Below are positions 1 to 13,867 of a stretch of 64,000 bases of DNA, one piece after another. Position 1 is the first letter of the stretch. Each line of letters opens with the position of its first letter. The position numbers and the translations under genes were made by a program. The notes under the pieces were generated by a model. The model did not search any database and was not told the DNA's origin. It saw nothing but the letters and a program-made list of their open reading frames with translations. The stretch is taken from assembly GCA_977020255.1 (NCBI GenBank), contig CDROCS010002327.1:310001-374000 (forward strand), in the 5' to 3' direction. This DNA is from Obrimoposthia wandeli. Its lineage: Eukaryota.

Positions 1-727
1 CTCAAACAGAAATGTCGTAAATGAAGACATGAATGAAATTGATAATATATTTTCTATCTTATGACAATAATGGATCTGTAGATGGTATATACATTAAATA
101 AGTTTCAGAAGATATTGATAACCCAGATGAAAATTATGAATCCAATGAATATTATATTTCAAAAGATCATAAAATATAGGGATACATGAAGCTTTACATA
201 TGATAAAGAATATTAAACAACGGCATATGACAAACTATCCGAAGAAATAGGGGATTTATTAACGAAATTTTTTTTAAATCCTCTTTTTAGAAAATTATTA
301 AAAAGTTTTAGAAGATACCGTGTCAGAAACAGATACAAGAACCCCAAAGATTAGGATTATTTTCAAAATATTGAAATAAATTTATTTAAGCATATTAGAA
401 ATTTTTCTGGTATTTTAGTGGGAAATATTTATAATGAAATTTTCATATGAACTCTATTAAAAACACAACAATCTTTATGAATGTTAGTGTTTACGAAAGA
501 TATGTCAAACCTTTTTGTTGAAAAGCGTACAAGATAACTGCGAAATCATCTCCCGAAAACTTTATAAAAATGTGTCATTCTGGTCGAAATTGATACAGAT
601 AGTGTTATGTTTAAAAAATTGTAGTGAAAAAGTAATCTATTTACCAATTAAACTCCGCAATAAGCTACAGTTTTGATTTATTATATGTGGAATCAAACAT
701 AGTCAAATTAAGCATGACTGATTGAAA

Positions 728-845
728 TTACGAACCGATGTTGTTAGAACGAGAAGTCATCAACTGTGGTTGAATGATTCTTGTTTCCGACTCAATTTCT
801 TCGTCTTTGTTGTCTGTTGAAATTGTAACTTCAGACCCAGAAGAA
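728..845 (-). CDS. Host gene, probable last coding exon (SSGSEVTISTDNKDEEIESETRIIQPQLMTSRSNNIGS*)
   Basis: Acceptor ttcaaattcAG at 846-847. Phase 2 matches the end of the 2611-2840 exon. Open frame to TAA at 728-730. Intervening exons cannot be excluded. Confidence 0.5.
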
Positions 846-1259
846 CTGAATTTGAATAAGAATGTCTAAAAATGCGAACTGAACCTATAAATATAGTTAG
901 GAGAAATATTTCTGAAAAAATATATTTCTTTAAATTAATTTAGATAAAATAATGTTTTATTAATTCTTATTGTTGTAATAAAAACCTTATATCACAATTA
1001 AACTTCATTATAATGTAACTTTGATTAAATTTACAATCGCAAGGCTACTGAAAATTCAAATAGTTAAGTTTGTAATAATGTTTAGTAATTCACTTATTAT
1101 TTTCGAATTTACACATTATGCAATCATATATGAACAAATTAGGAGAAGAATAGCTATAAATCTTCGAAATGCAGAATTAAAATTGAACCAGATTATTCAT
1201 ATCTTAGAAATTTCAATTAATTTGAATTAAATTGTGTCTCCAAAATGTGTCTCCAATCC

Positions 1260-1545
1260 ATGAAAAGAGGTAGAAAATCGCATATAAACAAACTTTCAGT
1301 AATGCGATAAAAATGTACTGCTACATATAACGAAAATGGTTGTAAAATTTATATCAATAAAATAAACAAAGAATAACATGGATCATTGAAAAAAATTGAC
1401 CTTGAAAAACCATTTTTTACATTCAAAAGTAGTGCAAAAATAAAGCTTAAAAGAGGAGAATAAAATGATGTCCTAAGTGAATTGATTCAACAGCCATATT
1501 CACAGATGAAAATCATGTTTACACTCGATGGTCCAGATATTTGGT
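1260..1545 (+). pseudogene. Tc1-family transposase relic
   Basis: 1496-1538 reads IFTDE-N-(1-nt frameshift)-MFTLDGPD, matching the Tc1 first-catalytic-Asp motif IFSDEKKFNLDGPDG. Confidence 0.55.
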
Positions 1546-2610
1546 AATATTTTAATTATTTTCAAATAAATATGTAAGTTTAGATGACTCATAATTCTAA
1601 ATAAATACTCAAAAAAAGTAAATAATGCAAGATTTGAGATTTTATCAAATCGCTGTCAAGGACAACATTGTGGGTTTTAGACAATCGATTCCAAAGTTCC
1701 AAAGTCAATGCAGACTCAGTACATTGTACATATGGTTTCTTTAAATAATGATTATTGATAAATCTTGGATAGGATATTGGCCTGGCATTTCTGTATTTAA
1801 GGATAAAATAGTATCTCTCTAATTTGACAGTTATATCAGTATACAAAAGATAATGATTTATTTTTACATAACCATTTCATGACCCCAACTTCATTTATAA
1901 AATAACTTTATGAATCTGAGTAACATAATAATCGATAAAATCAAAATAATAACAGTTATTAATTTGCAATTTTTAATAACATAAATTCTTTTTTTCATTT
2001 CAACTAGTCTTGCAAAGGAACATTGAAGTTATAAGTTAAAAAAATTACACGGAAACACTGTTTATTTCTCTTAATATAAAGTATAAAAGTTGAATAAAAA
2101 ATTCATGAAAAAAACTTTCAAATATAATTATAATTTAATAAATTAATGATTAACAATTCAAAAGTACAAGAAATTTTCATGTGACTTATTTTAAATTAAT
2201 GAAACTTTCATTTTTAGATTTCATTTTAACTCACTGAGTAGCTAATCTAGTTTGAGAATATTTAAATTTAAAATATTTTGCAACATACATTTCATAAATT
2301 ATTTCAACAGTAAACATTTAATTTATATTTAAATTACAAACTTGTTAAAATATAATGTGATAAATTTATTAAAAACTTTCATTATTTAATTTTTTTCTTA
2401 ACATCTGAAATTTTTAATACACTTTTTTAAACCAATTAAATTGAAATCTTATTTATACATTTCTATATAACTCTCCTGTCTGGAGAAAATTGTTATAAAT
2501 AAGTTTAATTTATAAATCGTTATTATTTAACATTAGCATTTAATGTTCCCTTGTAATTAAATTAAATACAGTTTTCGTCACGGTGATTAAATTAATATGA
2601 TATTATAAAC

Positions 2611-2840
2611 CTTGCAAATGTTGTAGAAGATTCAATCGTAGCAGATTGAGTTGTAGCCAAAGGACTGACAGCAACGGTAGCGGCTGAAGAATTTTTTGTA
2701 GTGCTTGTTGCTGTGGTTTTTGTCGATGAACCTATGGTAGGGTATGAAGTTGTTGTTGTAGCAGTCATTGGAGTCGTAGTAGGAGAATCCGTAGTTGTGG
2801 TAGCAACCTTTGTAGTAGTTGATGGAATCGGTGTTGTAGT
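2611..2840 (-). CDS. Host gene exon: Thr/Ser/Pro-rich mucin-like region
   Basis: Minus frame reads TTTPIPSTTTKVATTTTDSPTTTPMTATTTTSYPTIGSSTK...IESSTTFA. Acceptor ctttctcaAG and donor GTttat. The plus-strand poly-Val ORF 2701-2892 is its antisense shadow. Confidence 0.8.
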
Positions 2841-5761
2841 CTTGAGAAAGGCCGTAAATATTTATAAATTTTATAATTTAAGCCGTTTATAGATAAAAAA
2901 AAACAGAATTATAAAAACAGATATTTTATAGAATGTCTATTGGTATGAATAAAGACAAAATTAATTTGATAATATTTACAAAAAAGTATATATTTCATTT
3001 TAGTGATTTAAGAATATTGTAACTCTCAAGTTTTACTTCAGCTATTTTCATGGCTGTCCGAGATCGGTTAGTGATCTAGCTTCAATTTGTAAAAAAGAGG
3101 ATAGACAATTGTATGACGCTAACTAGAGATGACATTATTTTCGGCGTTCAAAACGGCACTAAATTCCTTAGATTACGTGCTCGCTCGCAAAGAACGACCA
3201 CTGTGGTAATTATAACTCGTCAAGCGATGCCATCATGTCTTATATTGGTAGTGATAATTGCATAGTAAAGCATGTGGGGCTATATTTATCCAAGTTCAAT
3301 TCTTTCAATTAAGTTTTTTTCAAAGATCAGGTCGTTTGTTCAACTTCCGTGAAAGTCAGTGGTACGACAGTCGAAAGGCATGAAACACATGTCAGTTTTG
3401 GTGGAACTTTCACAAGTTTACAGACATTGTGTGCGCACCTCAGTCGTTACGATCAGTTTCAAAACACGGGTATACAGTGGTCGCCTCACCACAAGTCATT
3501 AAATTCAATTGAAATTTATTAAAACCCAAACCGTAGTGAATTGCGTCGTATGATAAAGCATTTGCATTACACATAAAGCAAAAAAACACAACTCTTATGC
3601 CAATGCTCTAGTGTTATCATTACAAAGTCAAAAGCAAAGTACAAGTGTTACTAAGTGCATGATAGAATAATCCACAAATTTCGCAACCTAAGTTTGATTT
3701 TGAGCGACAAAGAATGACCCTTTATTTGACAATTGCGTTTTTATCCAATGTGCTTCAATTTGTCACTAAATGAACTTCAATGGACTTTTTATCGTCATGT
3801 TGTGTTATCGTAAAAAATAATCATTTATCCACATTTTATCATTTATCATTTATGTTTCAAAAACTTTAACGAATAAAAAATTATTTTACACGAGTGAGTT
3901 TTAGTCAACTCGTCACTTTCACGAAGTCTTATGTTTCGTGAAACTTACCGATTAATAATTAATAATTAATTGTTCATTGTTAAATTCAAATAATAAAATG
4001 AAATTATATGGAAGAATATTTATTTATAAAATCTAAATCTAAAATAAAAATATATAAAATTAAAATTACATTTTTGCTAAATTTCCTTGAAATCGGTCTC
4101 AATAAATTTAAACTTTTTTCTTTGGAATTTTTTTTACAAAAATCACTCAACTTAGTAAAATTTTGTAAGATTAAAATTCTGCTAGATATCAAGAATTTTA
4201 AATAAAAAATAAATTTATGGTTGTTAATTTATATTAAAAAATATAAAACAAATGTCAGGATTCCAGTAATATTTTAAAAATTTAAATAAATCACATATGG
4301 TTTTAGGATTTTAAAATAAAGATTTGGAAGTTATTTGTGATTTGGTTTTGATTTAAGATAGTACAAAAAATTAATTTGCTTTTTTCTTTTGCAAATATCG
4401 TTTTAATTATAAATACATATGACAGATGTATGCTAAAGCTGATGAATAATTAAAGGTATCAAAATACTGATATTTTTGTTAAAATTTTCGGAAACGTAGT
4501 TAGGTTTCTGTTAATTAGTATGTTGTATTTCTAGTTATACTTTTCTTTTTTACAAACTGTAACAATTTCTTTTTACACGAGCTTGTAGTATTTATCTGCT
4601 ACGATTTCTAGTAATTAGATGTCAAGACATTTTATATATTCATACTAAGTAATGTAACAAGATTTTTGTATCAAAATTTCGAAATTTGGTTTATTCATTA
4701 AACTAACCTGATAAAATTTACTTACAAATATCAAGTTCGTTTATTATTTGGATTTAGTAATTATGTTTTTGTAAATCAGTGGCTCCCATACTATTTAAGA
4801 GTTTCTGAACACTAATAAGTAAATTAATTGACGAATTGCTGTCATTCTTAGCTTGAATAAGGATCGGCTTTAAGTTAAAGTTTAACAGTAGTATTAATAA
4901 AATGTAAAACAAAAAGGTAACTATTTTAATTTCCATTATAAAATTTATCAAACATAAATTATATTGAATATAATGAATCCCATAAAGATTCCATTTTTAA
5001 CATTAAAGGTTTCCAAAGTATACTTTAATGACTTGAAAATAACATATATTGTAATATAATTAATGTTTTGTTTAAGTTTATTAGTTATTGAAATTAATAT
5101 ATATGAGAGTTTAAATTGTTCAAAGAAGATGTCTGCAGTATTAATATTTATAAAATTTATTTATATTGATATTGATTATATTAAAGAAGATAGTATGATT
5201 TATAAAGTTTGGACAAAACGATTATTAAGAAATACTTGCTAAATAATTTTAAAAAAACTAATAAAATTACTTTTAAAAATGCTGATATTTATCACTATTT
5301 TAACTTAAACAAATAAATAAGTATATAAATATACAATTTTATTTTAAAATAACGAATATTGATAGTAAATATTTTGTTAACCAAATTGCTTTAGGATAAA
5401 TACAAAGTTTAAAATATTAAATGATTTCAATCTTCGATAATTTTCCTTGTGAGATTAGTCAATAATAAAACAAATAACTATGAAATTTTAAAAATAAAAA
5501 TATTTTTAACAAAATTGAGACAAAAAATATGAGTTTATTGGCATGTAGAAAAAAATGTATAAATCACATATAATAAATCTATACAGAATTCAAACATTTT
5601 GACTAACACGAAAATAGTTAGTTATAAATCTTAACAGGATATTTTTCTTCATAAAATTCATAAAAAATTATTTACTTATTTTTCATGTGAAATTTAGCAT
5701 TTTAGAAGTGGTGTAAAGTTAAATTTTAAAATAGTTAAAGTGTAGCTAATTGTTTTCTTAC

Positions 5762-5830
5762 CGTAATAACGACGTTTCCGAAATTTGAGGGTAATCTGAT
5801 AGGTGCAAATGTTGAAGAGTCTCCACTGCC
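5762..5830 (-). CDS. Host gene short exon (GSGDSSTFAPIRLPSNFGNVVIT)
   Basis: Acceptor tttatttcAG, donor GTaag. Phase 0 end joins the 2840 exon. A second frame is also open, so the frame is not certain. Confidence 0.6.
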
Positions 5831-6535
5831 CTGAAATAAACTATATTTTGCAAAAATGTGCAGTTTGATGAGCAATACAGAATGGTGTGTCACAAATTAA
5901 ATAATCTTTCCACCACAACTGGGAATTAAAAGTTATGTTACATTACTCACAAATCTAGTGTTATACTACTGAATTATATTGGCATTCTAACTAAAATAGT
6001 AAATGGGGAATATATTTATTTAAATAAAATAATTATAACATAAATCTACAGTCAAACCCATCAGAATATTGTTTTTTGTTGTAAATGTTTACTGTAAAAG
6101 ATGTTGTATAAATATCCTGTCTCATTTTTTTAATCGGAAATGTTAACAATGTCAGATATTTAAACAAAGTCAGTGTTCACTGTTTACAAAATCTGAATCT
6201 GAATTAAAATAGCATAATTATAAAAGTTTAAATGTTCACATTCATATTAATCAGGGGTTCACGTTATAAGAGTTTTTAAAGAGAAACATTACTCCATAAA
6301 TTTTAAAATTTTCACATTATCAAGGTTTGACTGTATTTTTCCAACCCATAAACGGCACTCATGTCAGTATGGTTTTTCTTTTATCTGTTTTACAACTAGA
6401 TGCATTATTTACATATATCATATACTTAACCTATCAATAGAAGGAACAAATAGTCCCAGAAGTTGAATCGTAATTTAAAATGCAAATTACATCAGTGTAA
6501 ATCTTCGGAGTAAATATTTTTGTGTGCAGAAATAC

Positions 6536-6673
6536 CAAAATTTCTAATCGTGTTGACTTTTAGGTTAAATATTTCTGAAATTTCTGAACTGATTAAATTC
6601 AAAACTTCGTCAGCAGAACGGGAACATTCATAATTACTGGCATGCAAAGTTTCATTTAAATTCGACGGTTGCA
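6536..6673 (-). CDS. Host gene exon (QPSNLNETLHASNYECSRSADEVLNLISSEISEIFNLKVNTIRNF)
   Basis: Acceptor tttttctgtcAG, candidate donor GTattt, one open frame. Phase 1 fits the upstream exon but not the 5830 exon in frame 0, so an exon or donor may be mis-assigned. Confidence 0.5.
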
Positions 6674-8723
6674 CTGACAGAAAAACTTAAATATATTGAA
6701 TCCTGACTGAATCCACGTTGGAAAAGATTATGTATATTTATCATATTCAAATTTTCAATCAATAAGTACGTAGTTTTATCTTAATTTAATTAAATAAAAG
6801 AAACATAATTGCTTATTCAATATCAGTGTAATTGTAAGCTAAATCAAATAAATCTAACTTGGTAGATATATAATTTAACCAATTTTATCAAAATTAACAT
6901 ACCAAAGGTTTATTGTAATTAGAAATATTAATAGAAAATCTTTCGTTTATGTTTTACAAAGAAAACCCCGAGTAAAAGATAAAGCAAGTTGTTTAATAAT
7001 TTTATCTCATTCATTTCACAGCAACATGAAAGACTTAATAACATTCCATGTAGTACGACTGAAAAGTAGACAGTTACATAAAATCAATGAGAAAATGTAT
7101 AATTTCACCATTATTTTCTGATATCGACCAAATGTATTAAAATGCATGAAACACCTTTTAAAATATATTCTTAAAAATGAATGATTTTTCCTAATGTTTT
7201 ATGTATGACATATTTTAGAACAAGAAAGTACTGTATAAAATAGACCATTTTCTCGACAAACAATCAGTTACATTTATCAAATTAAAATTTGCATTTTCTA
7301 GTTCAAAAACCGAATTATTTTATTTCTTTTGCAGATTCATTTAAAGTTAATTTTATTTCCTGCACAAGATCTGAAATTTATGTTTTTAATAGTAAAACCA
7401 TTAACTCTGTTACACAAATAATAAACAAATTAGAAAAGCCAAAGTACAAAAAGAGAAAAATATGTAGATAACAACGTGAAGTGTGCCTTAGCAGATAAGA
7501 TAAACACTTTATAATTAATTGACAGTAACATAAAAATTCATGATTGACTAAAAAGTATTAAGTTTTCAATCATACATGACATAAATGATACTTATATTAC
7601 TATCTAAATAAATAATAACAATTTATATATAGATATATTTAATAACTATTTAGGAACTATTTAGAAACTAGGAAAAATTCAACGGGAAATCATTGAAAAT
7701 AGAAAACTTTTAGTCTATTAGAAAATACTAAATTAAGATTGTATAATTTGTTTAAATGTCTAAAATATTTTAAAATAGAATTTTCTTTTATCAGTTTAAA
7801 GGCTAATGAATAACAACCAAAACGTGAATATATGCTTTATTTCAATTAAAATCTCCTGTCAATTGGACGTTTATTTTCGATTTATTTAATTAGACTTAAA
7901 ACTGATAATTTTTGTATAGTATAATATATCGTTATTTTCTGCAATTTGATAATTTTCCCGAATTACAAATGACAAAGGTTTCTTTAAAATAGGAGATGGA
8001 AAATTCAAATTTGACAATCTAGCAACAATCAAAAAATACGTATTTATATGGGATTTCTGCACTTGCTTTGGTCTCACTAGTGTGATAATGTGCGGTTTAA
8101 TGGTGGAGAGCAAGTGGAGAAGTCATGTTTCAAATTCATTTTGTTGTGTGTCTTGGTTTTGATGGCGATGGTAAAAGAAACCCCCTTTCACATATGTATG
8201 TCTTAGAAAGAGTAACATGGTCTAAAGGGCTTCTCCACTCAAAAGAGAGACGGTTCAAACATACCTATCGATCATCAGACATAAATTAAGACGTGAAAGA
8301 CTAATCAAACCATGCCCCCGAAGTTTCAATGAGAATAACTGACATTCGGAGCGTATTTGTGTCTGTTAAAGCGAATGATACATTCCCAACGAATTCTCAA
8401 ACCAAAAATGCTTGGCTTTCTTCATTGAAGTCGCACGATTTAATAAAGCCACGATTTAGTAAACAGAACCGGATATGTGACTTCATTTCGTGGCCCACTA
8501 ATAAATGAGAAATTGTAGCTGAATTTGTGTCTGTCAACTAACTAAACTTTTGTTTTTAAATGGAAATCAGAGAACAAATTAAGTAGTATTCGTAAACTAC
8601 TTATGAATCAGAGTAGATTAGAGGGTAGAAAGTCAGTAAAGGTAAAATTTACTCCCGGTTAAGAACCAATGATCTTTATAATGGTATAAGTTCAGTTATT
8701 AGACATATTCTTCACCTGAATAC

Positions 8724-8790
8724 CGATGCGTCGACAGTAATTCTGAACTCCTTTGGCTGAGTTATATAATCTCATGTTGAAGACGATTCC
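8724..8790 (-). CDS. Host gene exon: end of TSPN/LamG-like domain (GIVFNMRLYNSAKGVQNYCRRI)
   Basis: Acceptor tattattcAG in phase 0 continuing KKTYQ. Donor at 8723 (GTattc) or alternatively 8715 (GTgaag). Ends in the TSPN C-terminal Cys pattern. Confidence 0.7.
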
Positions 8791-9178
8791 CTGAATAATA
8801 TTAAAAGTAATTAAACATAATTGTGTGTTAATGATACAAAATTTTATTTCTAAAGTTTTTAAAGAAACAGTTTTTAAACACTGATATAATATATATTAAA
8901 AGGATAAAAATTATAACAGTAAAAGTAAGTTTCAAAATTTTATCGATATTTTTCAGATTATACTTGAATAACAAAAAGTTAACTTTTTCATTTAAAATTG
9001 AAGAATGATTAAGAGTGATGGATGAGTTATTGAAGTTTTAGTTAATTCTATAATATTGGAATGATGCTTTTATACGTGTATCATAAGTTTGTGATGAAAC
9101 ATTTGTGTGGATATTTAAAAAATAACAAAATTTAGTTTTATAATGTCCATAGAAGATAGTAATTTTTACTAAACTCAC

Positions 9179-9337
9179 CTGGTAGGTCTTCTTCCATACA
9201 GGTCCTCCGTTGAAGAGATAGAATGAAGATCCTCGAGCTATGGAGGACTGTAAATTCAAGCGCGATATCTTCTCAGTGTACGAGAACGTGTCCTCTTGAG
9301 GACAACCATGCCAGGTAGTGACTCGGTCTCCTTTCAC
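9179..9337 (-). CDS. Host gene exon: TSPN/LamG-like domain (VKGDRVTTWHGCPQ...SSFYLFNGGPVWKKTYQ)
   Basis: Acceptor ccttcgttaccAG, donor GTgagt, 159 nt in phase 0/0, GC-rich against AT-rich flanks. Confidence 0.85.
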
Positions 9338-9639
9338 CTGGTAACGAAGGCGGTGGTTGCTAGGTCAAGAAATTCAAAGAAATTCAAAAAATAATAATGT
9401 CATATTTCCTTATAAGATGATAGATAAAAGGATAAAATAATATATGATTCGAACCAATTAAAAAATTATCGTAACTAGTTACATTCTGTTTCTAATAACT
9501 AGCTACTGGTATCGAGAAGAATGATATTTAGAAACTTTGGGCAATTCTATTAATAGAGTACTCAAAAAATAGTTTGAATCTAATGTACCCAATTATTTTT
9601 TAATCTGAATTAACTTACAAATAAACATTCCTTAGTATA

Positions 9640-10345
9640 GGGTGCTTTAAGTTTCAGATCTTGATGTTACTCAGAAAAACTGTGGTGCATTCACCCAAAA
9701 AGTATATAATATTAATAATTTTAGTTGAATTTCTAGATGTTTCAGACTTAGAAAAGAAGCCATTAAGCAGCGTCTGTTTAGTGAGATGTGATTTAAAATT
9801 AGAACACATGTTAGCTGACAAAATAATTTGAATTTATATTCTAAAAAATATATAAATGTATATCGGGTTATTCTGATATTCCCACTTTTTAATTGAATTT
9901 CAGTGTATCTTATATCTAACTTTAATATACGAATATGTGTATGTATAACAAATTATAGTTTATGCTCAATATGCCCTCCTTCGCATTCAAGACAAGTATG
10001 ACATCTCTTCAGAAACGATCTATACGCCCGCGTGATTACGTTCTTATCGATGTTGTCAAGCAATTCTTTTAACCGAATCTTCAACTCATCAATTGTGGTT
10101 GGCCTTGGGATTTTATACAAGTGATTGTGAATTTTACCCCACAACCAAAATTCAAGTACGGAGAGATCAGGACTTCGTGGAGGCCACTGAATGGGTCCTC
10201 CACGACCAATCCATCGATTGTTCAAGTATTGGTTCAGGGTGCTACGACCTGCAATGGAAAAGTGAGGGTGAACCCCATCTTGTTGCAGCATTATATTATA
10301 TATAAAGCTGCCTGCTCTCATTCAAAGTCCTTTAAATTTTCCTGA
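9640..10345 (-). mobile_element. Tc1/mariner (maT/rosa-like) transposon relic, transposase C-terminal half
   Basis: ORF 9953-10321 contains QQDG..H, WIGRGGPIQWPPRSPDLSVLEFWLWG and GGHIEH. A TAYAGGGTG-like terminus lies near 9636-9645. Confidence 0.85.
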
Positions 10346-11418
10346 AAAATACTCAAAAAGTAATGTAACTATAAATTAAAAATAACCTCATTATGTTAAT
10401 AAAAATACTTCAAACTCACTGAATCTAATAATTGCAAATAAACATAAGACAATTAAAATAAAAATAAAAACATAAATGAATTTTAATTGAGCAATGTAAA
10501 AATAAATTTAAAAATATAGGATTTTTTTTTCTAAACTTTTTGGAAAATTTTTAATTTTTTAACCAACAAAATTTAGTGAAAAAACACTTTACTGCATTAT
10601 AAATCAATAATATAACTGAGTAAATCATGGATTAATATTAACATCAAGATTGGCCTTAAAAACCGTGTCTTAGGTGATAATTATAAATAGTCTATAAATG
10701 TAGAAATTTATCAAACAAGAATTCGATTTATTTTGGTTTAGAAAGTGTTTATTTAAAATTCCAGGTTAGTTTAAAATAAGAGGAAATTAAATAATTAAGA
10801 ATTTAATAAATTTATTGAGGTGATGTAAATAATAAAATATTTTAATTCTAATTATTCGTAAAGCACACTAATTATTTAAGTTACAAAATGAAGTAATTCA
10901 ACATAAAAATTGAAGCTTCTTATTTATTTTGAAATCATGAAACCATCTTGTAATGGTGAATAAATAATAGACATTTTTGCCTTGTTAATACATTTCTTTT
11001 TCAACGTTATCTTTTCGGTTAAATAATGAGAAAGAAAACAGTATTCTAGTTTGACCATTTAATGCAATTGAGTAAAGATACTTGAATACCCCAAATCTTT
11101 AATTCATATTTTTTCTCAAATTTCTAAATTTATTATCCTTAGACATAAAAAGATTAAAAAGTACGATTTTAATACTTTCTGGATGAGATTTTTATGGCAA
11201 TTTCATGAGATTTTCATGAGTAATTTTATGTGATTTTTATCAGTAATTAAAATAGAAATATTTCATTTATATTGATAATACGTTATATATGTTCCATAAA
11301 TGTCAAAAAAATTTACTGCTATAGCAAATAAACTTTATTAAAGAGGAAGAAATCAAAAAATTTATAACCGTAAAACGAACTCTCCAAAATCTGGCTCACA
11401 AGGGCTTTTTAGCCTCAG

Positions 11419-12990
11419 CCAAGCATCGCTGCACACTGCAACCAACAATCATGTAGTCTCGCATCCAAGACAAGCACACACACACACACACACGACAGTG
11501 ACAGGGCCGGTTCAGCAAGCATCGCTGCACACTGCAACCAACAATCATGTAGTCTCGCATCCAAGACAAGCACACACACACACGACAGTGACAAGGCCGG
11601 TTCAGCAATCATCGCTGCACACTGCAACCAACAATCATGTAGTCTCGCATCCAAGACAAGCACACACACACACGACAGTGACAAGGCCGGTTCAGCAATC
11701 ATCGCTGCACACTGCAACCAACAATCATGTAGTCTCGCATCCAAGACAAGCACACACACACACGACAGTGACAAGGCCGGTTCAGCAATCATCGCTGCAC
11801 ACTGCAACCAACAATCATGTAGTCTCGCATCCAAGACAAGCACACACACACACACGACAGTGACAGGGCCGGTTCAGCAATCATCATTGCCAAGCATCGC
11901 TGCACACTGCAACCAACAATCATGTAGTCTCGCATCCAAGACAAGCACACACACACACGACAGTGACAAGGCCGGTTCAGCAATCATCGCTGCACACTGC
12001 AACCAACAATCATGTAGTCTCGCATCCAAGACAAGCACACACACGACAGTGACAGGGCCGGTTCAGCAAGCATCGCTGCACACTGCAACCAACAATCATG
12101 TAGTCTCGCATCCAAGACAAGCACACACACGACAGTGACAGGGCCGGTTCAGCAATCATCATTGCCAAGCATCGCTGCACACTGCAACCAACAATCATGT
12201 AGTCTCGCATCCAAGACAAGCACACACACACACGACAGTGACAAGGCCGGTTCAGCAATCATCGCTGCACACTGCAACCAACAATCATGTAGTCTCGCAT
12301 CCAAGACAAGCACACACACACGACAGTGACATTCAGCAATCATCGCTGCACACTGCAACCAACAATCATGTAGTCTCGCATCCAAGACAAGCACACACAC
12401 ACGACAGTGACAAGGCCGGTTCAGCAATCATCGCTGCACACTGCAACCAACAATCATGTAGTCTCGCATCCAAGACAAGCACACACGACAGTGTTCAGCA
12501 ATCATCGCTGCACACTGCAACCAACAATCATGTAGTCTCGCATCCAAGACAAGCACACACACACGACAGTGACAAGGCCGGTTCAGCAATCATCCCTGCA
12601 CACTGCAATCATGTCTCGCATCCAAGACAAGCACACACACACACGACAGTGACAGGGCCGGTTCAGCAAGCATCGCTGCACACTGCAACCAACAATCATG
12701 TAGTCTCGCATTCAAGACAAGCACACACACACGACAGTGACAGGGCCGGTTCAGCAATCATCGCTGCACACTGCAACCAACAATCATGTAGTCTCGCATC
12801 CAAGACAAGCACACACACGACAGTGACAGGGCCGGTTCAGCAAGCATCGCTGCACACTGCAACCAACAATCATGTATTCTCGCATCCAAGACAAGCACAC
12901 ACACACACGACAGTGACAGGGTCGGTTCAACAATCATCATTGCCAAGCATCGCTGCACACTACGACAAACAATCATGTAGTCTCGCCGCC
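11419..12990. repeat. Intronic GC-richer tandem satellite, ~90-bp unit, ~17-18 copies
   Basis: Unit AAGCATCGCTGCACACTGCAACCAACAATCATGTAGTCTCGCATCCAAGACAAGC(AC)nGACAGTGACAGGGCCGGTTCAGC, with variable (CA)n length. Confidence 0.97.
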
Positions 12991-13029
12991 AACATCCTGC
13001 ATTGTCCAATGAAATGTGCTGCCTTTTTA

Positions 13030-13420
13030 AGGCTGAGAAGTTTCAAAGTTGTCAGTGAGTTTAGTTAGATATGTTTTTTGTTGTGGACGAGTATGAGAAT
13101 TAGCAATGTTCCAATAATGTAGGTGTCGCTTGTCTACTGCCCCTTTGAGGTGGAAAGTATACTCAGCACTAATGTTATTTTCCAGATATACATTAATTCG
13201 GGTCTTAACATTTCTTTCATAATCGGACAAAACTTCAATCAATGGTCATCATCATCCTCTAGAGTCTAGACAGTACACCGGTTTGTAAGAGTGAGCATAA
13301 GCTGACATGAAAATTCGTCCAACTTCGACACTCCCACTTCATTTGGCAATTTTATCATTGAAGTGTTTCATTATCTCTGACTGTTCCTTATTTTACTGGC
13401 CTAGATCGATAGTTAGTTAC
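13030..13420 (-). pseudogene. Tc1/mariner transposase relic, N-terminal/central part
   Basis: Fragments HSYKPVY...DDH..LKFC and AEYTFHLKGAVDKRHLHYW resemble HPYK...DDPDRRLEFC and SDEAHFHLNGYVNKQNCRYW. Confidence 0.6.
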
Positions 13421-13867
13421 TGAACCAGTTTCAAGTAAAAGCATTTTCAGGAACGTTATGCTACTCACCGGCGCCTGGTCTTGCTACATATGTTTTATTT
13501 ATGGCAATCGGATAATCTACATATTTATAGTAGTCAATTAAATATTACCAAACTAAAAATTCAAATTTATACAGCTTAAAAGAAAATAAATTTAAGATTC
13601 AAATTTTTTATTCATTTATATATTCAAAGAATTTACGGTTACACTGTACAATTGTCAGAAACCTCTGTAGCCTTTTTAACAAAACTTGAAAATAATATTG
13701 CGAAAACACAGTGAGATCGCAGCTAAGTAGTCAGTGTGAACCTATAACTAACCTACGGATATTTTAATAACAAGAACATTTAAATAAATCCTCATCTTAA
13801 GATTCAATATTGTGTGTGTGTGTGTCCCCAATTCTTTTTGTTTGGCCTTCAAAGGAAGTAAACCAAC

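Noticed and set aside
480-625. LVEIDTDSVMF resembles PolB motif C (DTDS), tempting as the missing Polinton polymerase
   Set aside because: Single short motif in a stop-ridden frame, no motifs A or B recognised, and 30 kb from the Polinton nest.
3040-4620. Less AT-rich tract with TTTACACGAG motifs suggestive of a DNA transposon relic
   Set aside because: No TIR pair, TSD or protein motif could be identified.
4754-4951. 65-aa ORF with signal-peptide-like hydrophobic start
   Set aside because: AT-rich sequence yields I/L/F-rich ORFs by chance; it lies in an intron and has no splice or homology support.
6492-6674. IRNFGISAH looks like the EF-G/LepA G1 lead-in
   Set aside because: No following DxGKT; a splice donor falls inside the motif and the segment fits the host gene as an exon.
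11419-12990. Regular repeat that could be read as a CRISPR array
   Set aside because: Units are contiguous with no unique spacers, the context is eukaryotic, and no cas genes are present.
11396-13068. Many overlapping Cys/His-rich ORFs up to 276 aa
   Set aside because: Translations of the 90-bp satellite in several frames, not genes.
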